From an uncultured Verrucomicrobiae bacterium (GTDB taxonomy: Bacteria; Verrucomicrobiota; Verrucomicrobiia; Chthoniobacterales; UBA10450): a stretch of 64,000 nucleotides of DNA. Positions 29,761-39,258 of the stretch are shown one piece after another. The stretch's first letter is position 1; each line of letters starts with the position of its first letter. Where the stretch lies: the NCBI GenBank assembly GCA_963735805.1, contig CAVTMK010000002.1, positions 64,001-128,000 on the forward strand. The letters are read 5' to 3'. The position numbers were made by a program, and so were the translations under genes. Under the pieces are notes generated by a model. It ran no database searches. It was not told where the DNA came from and saw nothing but the letters and a program-made list of their open reading frames with translations.

Positions 29761-31404
29761 GTGAAGCGAAACGGAAAGTCCTTGGTAGCGTTTCTTTCGT
29801 CGCCTGAGTCGTATTTACACAGGCCAACCGAAGTTCACGCGATTCAAACCCACATCTCATGGGTTTTTATCGCGTCGCCCTTTGTCTTTAAGGTCAAGAA
29901 GCCGGTGGATCTCGGTTTTCTCGATTTTAGCACGTTGGAAAAACGCCAATATTTTTGCCAGCGTGAGATCGAATTGAACCGGCGACTCTGTCCAGAAATT
30001 TATCTCGAGCCTGTCCCAATTTACGAGAGTAATTCCGGTTTTTCGTTCGAGCCATCAGGCAAAATCGTTGAATACGCCGTAAAGATGAAAGAACTGCCGC
30101 ACGGCTCGTTCTTAGGCGAATTGCTTCAGAAAAATCTGGTCGGTAAAAAGGAGATCAACCGGGTGATCTCTACCCTGCATCGCTTTTACCAATCTGAAAC
30201 GCCGACGCCTGAGATCGAGAAGTGGGGCAAACCCGAAAAGTTAAAGATCAGCACCGACGAAAATTTCAGACAAGTTAAGCCATTTATTGGCAAAACAGTT
30301 TCCAAGGTTGCTTTCGAGGCTATTCGCCATTTCACCAACCGGTTTTACGTCGCAAATGAGAGCTTGTTTGACGAACGCATTGAGCAGCACCGGATTCTCG
30401 ATTGCCATGGCGATCTTCATCTCGATCACGTCCATCTGACTCCGGATGCGGTCACCATCTTTGATTGCATCGAGTTTAATGACCGGTTTCGTTTGATCGA
30501 TATCGCCAACGATCTCGCGTTTCTGGCGATGGATTTCGATTTCGAGAGCCGAAGCGACCTGGGAAACTTGTTTCTCCGAAATGCAGCGCGCGAATTAGAC
30601 GACGCTGGGATGCTGAACGTCGTGAATTTCTATAAGTGCTATCGCGCTTTTGTTCGCGGGAAGGTCGAAAGCATCCAGGCGACAGAGAAAGAAACGAAAA
30701 ATCCAAAGGAACACGAAACGCAAGCGCAGCGTTATTTTCGTCTTGCTTTGCAATATGCCATACGCGGCTCCGAACGATCGATTGTCGTGGTCATGGGCGG
30801 AGTTGGTAGCGGTAAGACCTCTGTCGCAACACAACTCGGCAGCGAGTTGGACTGGCCGATTTTTTCGTCGGACCAAATTCGCAAAACGCTCGCTGGCATT
30901 CCGCTGACTCAACGAACGCCAGCAGAGCAGCGCGGTGAAGTCTACTCGAAGCGAATGACTCGACGAACCTACGAGAAACTCGTGGCGGATGGACTTGCTG
31001 CTCTTGGTTCTTGTAGTCGAGCGCTCCGACCGCGGCCCGCAATGACTCGTGGCGGCGTCATTCTGGACGCGACGTTCTCGACGCGAACGTTGCGCGAACT
31101 TCTTCGCGACGAATGCAGCAAAGCAAATGTCCCGTTTCAGTTCGTAGAACTCGAGGTCGGTCCTGACGAAATCAAAGAGCGACTGAGGGCTCGGGATGAA
31201 AGAACGGACGAAACGTCCGATGCTCGTCTCGAAGACTTCGATAAGTTGAGTGTTACTTACGAGTCACCATCTGAGCTCGCGCCTGATTTAATCCGTGTTT
31301 CAACGACGAGTTTCGTCTCCGAGACCGTGAGAGCGATCCTGCTGCGCCTGGCCGATAAACAATCTGTTGTGACCAACAACCCGTCCTCCGCTGAACCTGG
31401 CTAG
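29761..31404 (+). CDS. Bifunctional aminoglycoside-phosphotransferase-like / P-loop kinase (AAA_33)
   Basis: THISWVF, CHGDLHL, FDCIEFN, GGVGSGKT, ILDATF. Confidence 0.9.
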   Translation: MKRNGKSLVAFLSSPESYLHRPTEVHAIQTHISWVFIASPFVFKVKKPVDLGFLDFSTLEKRQYFCQREIELNRRLCPEIYLEPVPIYESNSGFSFEPSGKIVEYAVKMKELPHGSFLGELLQKNLVGKKEINRVISTLHRFYQSETPTPEIEKWGKPEKLKISTDENFRQVKPFIGKTVSKVAFEAIRHFTNRFYVANESLFDERIEQHRILDCHGDLHLDHVHLTPDAVTIFDCIEFNDRFRLIDIANDLAFLAMDFDFESRSDLGNLFLRNAARELDDAGMLNVVNFYKCYRAFVRGKVESIQATEKETKNPKEHETQAQRYFRLALQYAIRGSERSIVVVMGGVGSGKTSVATQLGSELDWPIFSSDQIRKTLAGIPLTQRTPAEQRGEVYSKRMTRRTYEKLVADGLAALGSCSRALRPRPAMTRGGVILDATFSTRTLRELLRDECSKANVPFQFVELEVGPDEIKERLRARDERTDETSDARLEDFDKLSVTYESPSELAPDLIRVSTTSFVSETVRAILLRLADKQSVVTNNPSSAEPG

Positions 31405-32093
31405 TCCATTTCGTCCACAACTTTGGCGATTTGTTGACGGAAAAGTCTCGCACCGCCGGAAGCGGGATGACGAGCGCGATGGGGTTCGACATTCAGCTCC
31501 TCCAGTCGCGCTGCCGCGACGCTGCCAAGCGCGACGATTTCGTCGCATGGAAAAAGATCGAGGAAAGCCTTGAGCACCGACAGACCGGCGGATTGTTCCT
31601 TCTTCGCTGGCGTCCGGTTGCTCAACATGCCGCGACGTACATCGAATGAATGCCAGGGAAAGGCATTCCATAGCACGAATTGCTGCGGTTTTAAGCCAAG
31701 CTTGAGCAACGCGCTCCAGACGATCGTTGCTGTCGGCTCGGAAAAGCCATCCGCGCATTGTTCACGCTTGCTTGTTCGCGCCGGTTTGATGCTCGAAAAA
31801 ACATGTTCCGGGTGAATCCCGTCCTCTTTCTTCTTTCCCAGCAGGATACGCTCCGAGGTCATGGGGATTCCGCTGAAATGCCCGCCGCGGTAACCGAGCG
31901 CTTCACCAATCACAACGAGTTTCGCTTTGCCGAGTCGTTTGTGTAGATAAACGTGCAGATGTCTTCTTCGGATAGCGGGCGCCTTGCGGCCAATGTCGTT
32001 TTGTTTATCGACCCGCCACCACGGATTAAAGACCGCACCCGGTGGCGAGTGTTTCAACAACCCGATGAACTTCTCGATCGGCTCCATCGACAT
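31401..32093 (-). CDS. Uracil-DNA glycosylase superfamily protein
   Basis: IGEALGYRG..SGIPMTSE, SEPTATIVW, WNAFPWH, RHPA.GG. Confidence 0.82.
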   Translation of the reverse strand: MSMEPIEKFIGLLKHSPPGAVFNPWWRVDKQNDIGRKAPAIRRRHLHVYLHKRLGKAKLVVIGEALGYRGGHFSGIPMTSERILLGKKKEDGIHPEHVFSSIKPARTSKREQCADGFSEPTATIVWSALLKLGLKPQQFVLWNAFPWHSFDVRRGMLSNRTPAKKEQSAGLSVLKAFLDLFPCDEIVALGSVAAARLEELNVEPHRARHPASGGARLFRQQIAKVVDEMD

Positions 32094-32181
32094 AAAATTC
32101 CGAGAGCTCCAAATCCCATCATGCAATATCCACGTCCAGCACAAGGTCGCTGATTGCCGGAATTAGTCGTATCTAACGCCG

Positions 32182-32979
32182 ATGCCCGAGTTGCCTGAGG
32201 TTGAAATATTCAAACGGTACTTTGATGCTACCTCATTGCATCAGCGCATCGACGATGTCGATGTGCGAAAGACATATATTCTGAAGGGGACTTCAGCACG
32301 AGAGCTTGCGCGCGAATTGAAAGGCCGCCGCTTTGAATCAAGTCGCCGCCATGGCAAACATCTATTTGTTCGCGCCGGTGGCGGGATCTGGTTACGCCTC
32401 CACTTCGGAATGACCGGCTCGCTGCACTATTTTAAAAAAAACGAACAAGCGCCGCGACATACGCGTGTCCTCTTTGTTTTCGCTAACAACCATTGTCTGG
32501 CGTTCGAAGATCAGCGCCAGTTCGGCCAGGTCGGATTGGTTAGAGATGTCGATAAATTTCTGAAAAGGCGCGTACCGGGCCCGGATGCACTTGAGATCGA
32601 TCTCGGCGAATTCAAAAAAATAATGGGGAAACATCGCGGCGCTGTGAAGTCGATCTTGATGAACCAGCGCCTGATCGCGGGCATTGGCAATATTTACGCG
32701 GACGAAATTCTTTTCCGCGTACGCATGCATCCGGCGACAGAAATATCTCGCCTGGGCGGCAAAGCTCTCACAAAACTCTTCCAGGCCACGCATTACATTT
32801 TGGAGAGAGCGATCGCGGACAGGGCTGATGTGAACGAAGTGCCCAAATCGTGGCTTCTGCCGCATCGCGGAACACACGGAACATGTCCTCGGTGCGGACG
32901 CGAGTTGAAATCGTCGAGGATCGGCGGCCGCACCGCGTGGTTTTGTCCGCATTGTCAGAAGCGCCTATCCAAAAGTTAG
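32182..32979 (+). CDS. Fpg/Nei family DNA glycosylase
   Basis: MPELPEVE, RHGK, HFGMTG, GIGNIYADE, zinc finger CPRC..CPHCQ. Confidence 0.93.
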   Translation: MPELPEVEIFKRYFDATSLHQRIDDVDVRKTYILKGTSARELARELKGRRFESSRRHGKHLFVRAGGGIWLRLHFGMTGSLHYFKKNEQAPRHTRVLFVFANNHCLAFEDQRQFGQVGLVRDVDKFLKRRVPGPDALEIDLGEFKKIMGKHRGAVKSILMNQRLIAGIGNIYADEILFRVRMHPATEISRLGGKALTKLFQATHYILERAIADRADVNEVPKSWLLPHRGTHGTCPRCGRELKSSRIGGRTAWFCPHCQKRLSKS

Positions 32980-33023
32980 GCTTGTAGTCTGTCGCCCGGC
33001 ACGCTCGCTGCCATGAGCCTGCC

Positions 33024-33082
33024 ATGTAACGCCACCGTTACATCACTGCCATTTTCGTAACCGAATTATCACAAACGTCACG
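33024..33082. promoter_or_regulatory. Operator-like inverted repeat plus PHO-box-like direct repeats
   Basis: ATGTAACG-N4-CGTTACAT perfect IR; GTTA/GCCA/GTAA/ATCA/GTCA units at 9-11 bp spacing. Confidence 0.4.
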
Positions 33083-33139
33083 TTTACTTTGGTCGCGCGA
33101 GCGCGGAAAACATGAAAATCCACAACAGCTTAAAATACC

Positions 33140-34645
33140 ATGAACAAACAACTCCGTATCACTCGCCCAAACGACAATAATTACCTAAACAACGCAGCGG
33201 CATTCCCCGGTTTCGTGCTCGGAACAATCCGCCGACGAAGGGCCGCAATCCTCGCTAGCGTAGCAACCGCGGTTTTATTTGCCGCGCAAACGTCTCCAGC
33301 ACATCCGCCTCAAGGAATTGGAACTGTTTTCGTAATCGCGATGGAGAATCACAACTTCACGCAACCGCCCACGCAGATGAATCCGCAGCCGATCTTGGGC
33401 AATCCCGCCGCGCCGTTTATGAACAGCCTCATCACGCCGGGCAACCCGAACGCGGCGCAGGTTTCGTATGCCACGGCTTACTTCAACGCGGGCACTGGCG
33501 TTCATCCGTCCGAACCCAGTTACGTCTGGGCTGAAGCGGGGTCCGATTTCGGTGTTCACACCGACGCCGACCCCAATCCGGCCATCAATGTTTATGACGT
33601 TCCGCATTTGACCAGGCAGTTGAATGCTGCCGGTATTCCGTGGAAGAACTACCAGGAAGACGTTCAATTTGCGGCCAGCGCGATTCACAGCGCATCCGGG
33701 ACGAGCCCGACATTCATCAATCCTTATTACGGTACTGGCCAGTTCAATTACGCCGTGAAGCATAACCCGATGGCGTTCTTTGCCGACACGCAGCTCCAAA
33801 ATGTTTATCCGCTCGCGCAGTTATTCGACGACCTGGACAACAATGCAATCGGGCAATACAACTGGATCACTCCCAACCAATTTAACGATGCGCACAGCGC
33901 GCTGAGTGGTGGGTTTACTTATGGGGGCACGCATTACACCGGCGACCAGGCCGGCATCGCGCAAGGTGACAACTTCCTTTCAATCGTCGTTCCACAAATC
34001 ATGGCTTCGCCTGCATATCAAAACAACGGCGTGATCATCATTTGGTGGGACGAAACCGAAGGTGGCGACGACGCCAGCCGCACGATCCCTGAATTCGTCA
34101 TCTCGCCGTTGGCCAAGGGCAACGCTTATGCCAGCTCAGTGGTGTTCAGTCATTCTTCCGACCTCAAAACGATGGAAGAGATTTTCGGCCTGCCAAGCGT
34201 CAACAATCCCATTCCGACCGGCGAGACGAATAACTTCGGCGGTTTTAACAACGTCGCGACTGCAAATGACTTTAGCGACCTGTTTGTGCCTGGTGCGATC
34301 CCAGCTGCAGCAAGCGTATCGGTGACTGGCGAAGGGTTCGTGTTCCACCGTAACACCCAAACGTATTCCCAGGTGGTGCACATCAGGAACGACGGGACTT
34401 CGTCGATACCTGAGCCGTTGTGGCTGGCGCTGGATAATTTGGGCGCCAACGCCGCGCTATCCAATGCGGATGGAACGACCGCCGTGCTCGCGCCACTCGG
34501 CAGCCCTTATTTGAGCGTTCCAGTGGGTGGTGACGGCATTCTCCATCCTCACGAAGTCAAGACGGTGCACCTGGAGTTCTTCAACCCGAGCGGCGACCCA
34601 ATTACGTACGCCACGCGCGTCCTGGACGTCACGCCAGCGCCGTGA
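33140..34645 (+). CDS. Secreted phosphoesterase (acid phosphatase/phospholipase C family)
   Basis: VFVIAMENH, HPSEPSY, YAVKHNP, WITPN..NDAH, IWWDE; twin-Arg-like leader. Confidence 0.88.
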   Translation: MNKQLRITRPNDNNYLNNAAAFPGFVLGTIRRRRAAILASVATAVLFAAQTSPAHPPQGIGTVFVIAMENHNFTQPPTQMNPQPILGNPAAPFMNSLITPGNPNAAQVSYATAYFNAGTGVHPSEPSYVWAEAGSDFGVHTDADPNPAINVYDVPHLTRQLNAAGIPWKNYQEDVQFAASAIHSASGTSPTFINPYYGTGQFNYAVKHNPMAFFADTQLQNVYPLAQLFDDLDNNAIGQYNWITPNQFNDAHSALSGGFTYGGTHYTGDQAGIAQGDNFLSIVVPQIMASPAYQNNGVIIIWWDETEGGDDASRTIPEFVISPLAKGNAYASSVVFSHSSDLKTMEEIFGLPSVNNPIPTGETNNFGGFNNVATANDFSDLFVPGAIPAAASVSVTGEGFVFHRNTQTYSQVVHIRNDGTSSIPEPLWLALDNLGANAALSNADGTTAVLAPLGSPYLSVPVGGDGILHPHEVKTVHLEFFNPSGDPITYATRVLDVTPAP

Positions 34646-34674
34646 TTTAGGACTCGACTTCAAATTGCCATCGG

Positions 34675-34712
34675 GACAAGCGGCCTTCGGGAACGGAGGC
34701 CGCTTGTCGTTT
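34675..34712 (+). terminator. Intrinsic terminator-like hairpin
   Basis: GACAAGCGGCCTTCG-GGAA-CGGAGGCCGCTTGTC followed by a short T tract. Confidence 0.7.
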
Positions 34713-34894
34713 CGGAAATTTGAACCTTGGTTGTGTAGCGGCTGCTTGATCGTTAGACATTCGATCACTTCGGAAGCGGACCGCGATTTGTGACGAAACT
34801 CGATTTTGACGTATGCTGTTCCAACGGTTCAGGATGGAACTGACGACCCGGCACAATGGTGTTTTGCGTGTCAGCCAGGGCCGTCTGACATTCG

Positions 34895-36688
34895 TTACAC
34901 CATCGGTCGGAAACGACCGACCACTTCCTGCAGGCGGCCAGTGATTTGGCCTAACGAACAGACTTCCGCCGCTTCGAGCAACATTGGGAAACAATTCTCA
35001 CCGCGTTCGACAAATCTTGCCAGTCTGTCCAATGCGCCCTTGGCTTTCTCGGCATTTTTCTTTTTGAATTTCGCAAGTCGATCAACCTGCAGCTGCTGTT
35101 TTTTCCGTGGGGTGCGCACCAGTTTAACCTCTGGTATGCCTTCGTCGCCGTCGCGATAACGGTTGAGCCCGATGATCGGGCGCGTCCCATTGTAAATTTG
35201 CTGCTCGTAACGATGTGCAGCGTTCTGAATCTGGCTGCGTTGATAACGGTCTTCCACCGCCGCCAGCACGCCACCCAGGCGCTCGATCTCGCGGAATTCA
35301 TTGAGAATTGCCGCTTCTACCGAGCGCTCGACAGCTTTCATCCCGGGTGAACCGCTCAACATGTTCATGGTATGTTTGAAAATGCCGGATTCCTCTAGCA
35401 GGATCGCCTGCCCATGTGCGGCAAGGCGAATCCACTCTTCACTCGGCGTTGTAAACGGTTCGTCTGCGCTGTTGGAATGGGACGAATTCGTCGCGTTCAT
35501 GTAAGCGAGCATTAATTCCGCTGCAGTGCGGGTGAGATTATTTTTGAATTCCGCTGCGATAAGCGAGCGACCGCTGGTCTGAGTGTGCAATTTGAAAAGT
35601 TGCCCTCGTGATCCTGCGCCAAACACATCGCGCATTCCGATTGCCCAAATGCGCCGTGATACACGAGCCAGCGCGATATATTCGACGTCGAGACCGCAAT
35701 CGAGAAAGAACGAGAGGCGCGGCCCGAATTGATCGACCGGGATTCCCCGCGCTGCGAACATCTCCGCGTATGCGAAACCATTCGACAGCGTATAAGCGGC
35801 CTGTTGCACCGGCGTCGAACCCGCTTCGCCGATGTGGTAACCGCTGATAGAAATCGGATACCAGCGCGGCATTTCGCGCGTGGTGAACTCAACCATGTCG
35901 GTAAGAAAACGCAGGGAGGCCTCGATTGGGAATATCGTTTCGTTTTGCGCCTGGACTTCCTTAAAGATGTCAGCCTGGATTGTCCCGCGCAGTTGGGGAA
36001 CCACTTTCGGGCCGAACCTGCGCTTCGCCGCAGCGATGTACATTGCCATGATGATCGGCGCCGGACCGCTGATGGTCATCGACGCGGAAAAATTAGGAGA
36101 GCCCAGATTAAAACCATCGTAAAGCCGGACCATGTCTTCGACCGTGTCGATTGCCACGCCGCCCTCGCCGATTTTGCCGAAGACGCCATCAGCATCGCTG
36201 TCGATGCCGTAAAGGGTAGGCCCGTCGAACGCAGTGCTGAGTCGATGAGTGCGTTGATGCGCTGTGAGAAAATGGAATCGCTCGTTCGTATCCTCCGCGA
36301 GCATTAAACCGGAAAACAAGCGCGTCGGCTCCTCCGTTTGCGGCACTTTTTTGTCGATCTTGCCGTTCTTTTCTAGGCTCTCGACTTCACGGACCGGTTC
36401 GAGATACATTTCGCGATAGGCACCGTTGAGGTAAGGAAATTCGCCCGGCAATCCTTCGCCAAACAAATAGCGCGCGATTTCGCCGGGCTCATCGATTTCA
36501 GGCAACGCCAAACGTGGCAGCGCCAAGCCGGTCGGCGCGCGCGAGACCGGAATCTTGGCTTTGATGTCGTTCCAGCGACCCAGCAGGTCGCGCCCGAATC
36601 GTTCATCAGAGCGCGCGCGCTTTACCTGATCGAGAACGAATTTGTTGTACTTCTCAATCGACTCAACGACTTGTCCCAGTTTGCTCAT
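34895..36688 (-). CDS. Acyl-CoA mutase catalytic subunit (IcmF C-terminal-like)
   Basis: PGEFPY, PTRLFSG, LSTAFD, RGTIQADIFKE, ISISGYHI.EAG, HTQTSGRSL. Confidence 0.9.
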   Translation of the reverse strand: MSKLGQVVESIEKYNKFVLDQVKRARSDERFGRDLLGRWNDIKAKIPVSRAPTGLALPRLALPEIDEPGEIARYLFGEGLPGEFPYLNGAYREMYLEPVREVESLEKNGKIDKKVPQTEEPTRLFSGLMLAEDTNERFHFLTAHQRTHRLSTAFDGPTLYGIDSDADGVFGKIGEGGVAIDTVEDMVRLYDGFNLGSPNFSASMTISGPAPIIMAMYIAAAKRRFGPKVVPQLRGTIQADIFKEVQAQNETIFPIEASLRFLTDMVEFTTREMPRWYPISISGYHIGEAGSTPVQQAAYTLSNGFAYAEMFAARGIPVDQFGPRLSFFLDCGLDVEYIALARVSRRIWAIGMRDVFGAGSRGQLFKLHTQTSGRSLIAAEFKNNLTRTAAELMLAYMNATNSSHSNSADEPFTTPSEEWIRLAAHGQAILLEESGIFKHTMNMLSGSPGMKAVERSVEAAILNEFREIERLGGVLAAVEDRYQRSQIQNAAHRYEQQIYNGTRPIIGLNRYRDGDEGIPEVKLVRTPRKKQQLQVDRLAKFKKKNAEKAKGALDRLARFVERGENCFPMLLEAAEVCSLGQITGRLQEVVGRFRPMV

Positions 36689-36707
36689 AATTCCACTTTT
36701 ACATTTC

Positions 36708-36794
36708 TGTCATTCCGAGCGAAGTCGAGGAATCTCTAATTGTGTCCTCACATTCGAATTATCAAGAGATGTCTCGACTTCGCTCGACACGACA
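36708..36794. repeat. Inverted pair of REP-like repeats (REPIN-like doublet)
   Basis: tgtcattccgagcgaagtcgaggaatctct (36708-36737) and agagatgtctcgacttcgctcgacacgaca (36765-36794). Confidence 0.85.
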
Positions 36795-36801
36795 AGCCTG
36801 A

Positions 36802-37953
36802 TCATCCGCTGTTCGAAATTAGCTCGAATAATTCGTCCACGCCAGAGTCGCGATGCCGTTTTGCAACGGTATCGATCAGGCGCTGATTACGCCGGTTTTG
36901 TTCCAGTCGTTGTTCGATCTCGCTATGTGCGGTGCGGGCACGCTGAAGATCGCTTTTGTTGACCACCACGATGTCAGCAAGATCGAGCATCGCGATTTTT
37001 TGCAATTGCAGTCTGCTTCCGTAATCGGGATTCATCACCAATACAGTTTGATCGACGATGCCATTTTTTTGAAACGGCATTGCTTCCTGGCCGGTGCCGA
37101 CAGTTTCAATGATCACATAATCGAACGCCGATTGTGCGAGTAATGCCAAACAATCGTGCGTGGCGGGTGAAAGTCCCCCCGCCTGGCCGCGTGTCGCCAT
37201 GCTGCGCATGAAGACGCGATCATTTTGCGAATTGATCATGGTGGCCCGATCGCCGAGTAACGCTCCTTCGCCGACGACGCTCGGATCGTGCGACAAAATC
37301 GCGATCCGTCCCTTGGGATTTTGATTCAGAAAACGCAGAACTAGCTCGTCAATCAGCGTCGTCTTGCCAGCGCCACCGGGACCGGTGAAACCAATGACTT
37401 TTGCATTTCGGATTGTGGATTGCGAATTGCGCATTTTTGATTGGCGCTTGCGCGTTGAGCGTTTTCTTCCTGCCGTATAAGCGTCTTCAATCGCCGACAG
37501 CTTGTGGGCGAGCTCCTGGTCGGGCGATTTCGGACGCGACCTTTTTCCGCGCGGCTTTCCGTAGTGTTTCCGAACATAATCGATCATTTCTGCGAGTGAG
37601 GTCCCGGCAAAGAAAATGTTGTCCACGCCTTTGCGCTTCATTGCCACAGCGTCCTGGTGCGTGATTGTTCCGCCACCACCGCCAAAGACTTTGATGTCGT
37701 TGGCGCCACGCTTTCGCAAAAGAGCGATGACTTGCGCGAAGAATTCGATGTGCCCGCCATTGTAACTCGAGATGCCGATGGCGCGCACGTCCTCTTGGAT
37801 TGCGGCGCGCGCGATGTCGCCAACCGAACGATGATAGCCAAGATACACAACCTCGATGCCGTGCCGGATGAATTCCAGATTGATCGTGTTGATCGCGCTG
37901 TCGTGCCCGTCACAAATCGGGACCGCGGTTAGAATTCGTATGGGCGAAGCCAT
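36802..37953 (-). CDS. Cobalamin-binding domain fused to MeaB-type GTPase (IcmF N-terminal-like)
   Basis: DGHD B12 motif, SSYNGGH, GPGGAGKTT, ETVGTGQ, NKSD. Confidence 0.9.
   Translation of the reverse strand: MASPIRILTAVPICDGHDSAINTINLEFIRHGIEVVYLGYHRSVGDIARAAIQEDVRAIGISSYNGGHIEFFAQVIALLRKRGANDIKVFGGGGGTITHQDAVAMKRKGVDNIFFAGTSLAEMIDYVRKHYGKPRGKRSRPKSPDQELAHKLSAIEDAYTAGRKRSTRKRQSKMRNSQSTIRNAKVIGFTGPGGAGKTTLIDELVLRFLNQNPKGRIAILSHDPSVVGEGALLGDRATMINSQNDRVFMRSMATRGQAGGLSPATHDCLALLAQSAFDYVIIETVGTGQEAMPFQKNGIVDQTVLVMNPDYGSRLQLQKIAMLDLADIVVVNKSDLQRARTAHSEIEQRLEQNRRNQRLIDTVAKRHRDSGVDELFELISNSG
37401..37442. repeat. Six in-frame heptamer tandem repeats inside CDS
   Basis: ttgcatt tcggatt gtggatt gcgaatt gcgcatt tttgatt. 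Confidence 0.75.
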
Positions 37954-38003
37954 TTCCAGTTTCTTAAGGGTAGGGTGCGATGGTCGCAAATCGGAAGAAC
38001 TTT

Positions 38004-38041
38004 AACGTTGAAGGGTTGAACCGTTGAAGCGTTAAATTGTT
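38004..38041 (+). repeat. Octamer tandem repeat
   Basis: gttgaa/gttaaa recurring with period 8. Confidence 0.6.
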
Positions 38042-38044
38042 GGG

Positions 38045-38800
38045 ATGAGCGATCCATTGAATTTCACAGGCAAAGTAGTTCTTGTCACGGGTAGTTCGCG
38101 TGGAATAGGCGCGGAAATGATCGGGGCATTCGCAAAACGCGGTGCGCAATGCGTGGTGAATTATGTAGCTGATGCGCAGGGCCAAAATAAGGCCGACGCG
38201 ACGAATGTCGCGGCTGAACTCCATGAGCCGCTGGTCGTCGAATGCGATGTGACGCACCCGGCGCAGGTCGAGGCGATGATGAGGCAAATACAAGATCGGC
38301 ACGGCGGGCTCGACATTTTGGTAAACAATTCCGGGATCATTAATGATCGCACGATCAAGAAAATGTCGGTGGAGACCTTTGAGAGCGTGATCCGGGTAAA
38401 TCTCACCGGCACGTTTACGGTTACGCAAAAAGCCGGCGCGATTCTGCGGGACGGCGCCCGGATCATCAACATGTCGTCTGTCAGCGGCCAGCTTGGATTG
38501 TTCGGCCAGGCAAATTATTCGTCGAGCAAAGCGGCGATCATTGCATTTACGAAGGTTTCGGCACGGGAGTTTGCGCGTCAGAACATCACGGTGAATGCCA
38601 TCGCACCTGGCTTTATCGACGTCGGTATGAGCAAGGGCATGCCCGACGAAGTGACCCAGAACTTCATAAAGCAAATTCCGCTCGGTCGGCTTGGTGACGT
38701 AACTGAAATTGTAAACGCGGCGCTTTTTCTAGCCTCCCCGATGGCTTCATACATCACCGGACACGTCTTGAACGTGAACGGCGGCTTTTACATGGGCTGA
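38045..38800 (+). CDS. SDR oxidoreductase (FabG/acetoacetyl-CoA reductase-like)
   Basis: TGSSRGIG, LVNNSG, YSSSK, VNAIAPGFI. Confidence 0.9.
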   Translation: MSDPLNFTGKVVLVTGSSRGIGAEMIGAFAKRGAQCVVNYVADAQGQNKADATNVAAELHEPLVVECDVTHPAQVEAMMRQIQDRHGGLDILVNNSGIINDRTIKKMSVETFESVIRVNLTGTFTVTQKAGAILRDGARIINMSSVSGQLGLFGQANYSSSKAAIIAFTKVSAREFARQNITVNAIAPGFIDVGMSKGMPDEVTQNFIKQIPLGRLGDVTEIVNAALFLASPMASYITGHVLNVNGGFYMG

Positions 38801-38829
38801 TCCGCCTTTACCAAAATGACAGACAGGAA

Positions 38830-39045
38830 CTAGTCCAGCTTTTGCACGAGCAGCCAGACCAAGGCTGAGAGCATCGCCGCAAAAGTCGATAGCACGAATG
38901 TCGCGCGCTTCGTCTGGCGTATTTTGAAGGCCGGCTTGGGAATGTCGTCGTGAATATGACTGGCCTCGAACAGTTTCATCAGCGCAAACGCGACGATGAA
39001 ACCGACGGCAGCCCATTTCAGGCATCCCAAAAACAGGTCAAGCAT
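38830..39045 (-). CDS. Small 2-TM hypothetical protein
   Basis: Two hydrophobic segments; start uncertain. Confidence 0.45.
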   Translation of the reverse strand: MLDLFLGCLKWAAVGFIVAFALMKLFEASHIHDDIPKPAFKIRQTKRATFVLSTFAAMLSALVWLLVQKLD

Positions 39046-39258
39046 CCCGGCCGATTGTAGCGCAGGCACCGCCTGCGCTCAACAGTGTTTAAATTTCCGC
39101 TCGGACGGTCAATGTCGATTCTTGGTGCCGACAAATTCCATCACATTTGTGATTGGGATTTGTCCGTCTAGGGCGATCCTTCTGCTTTTCCGTGTCGAAG
39201 ATGGGTAACCACTGGAAATGGTTGACTGTACTCCCGCAGTTTGGTTAGGCTCGCTCGC

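Noticed and set aside
37964..38674. 236-aa minus-strand ORF
   Set aside because: Typical antisense shadow of an SDR gene
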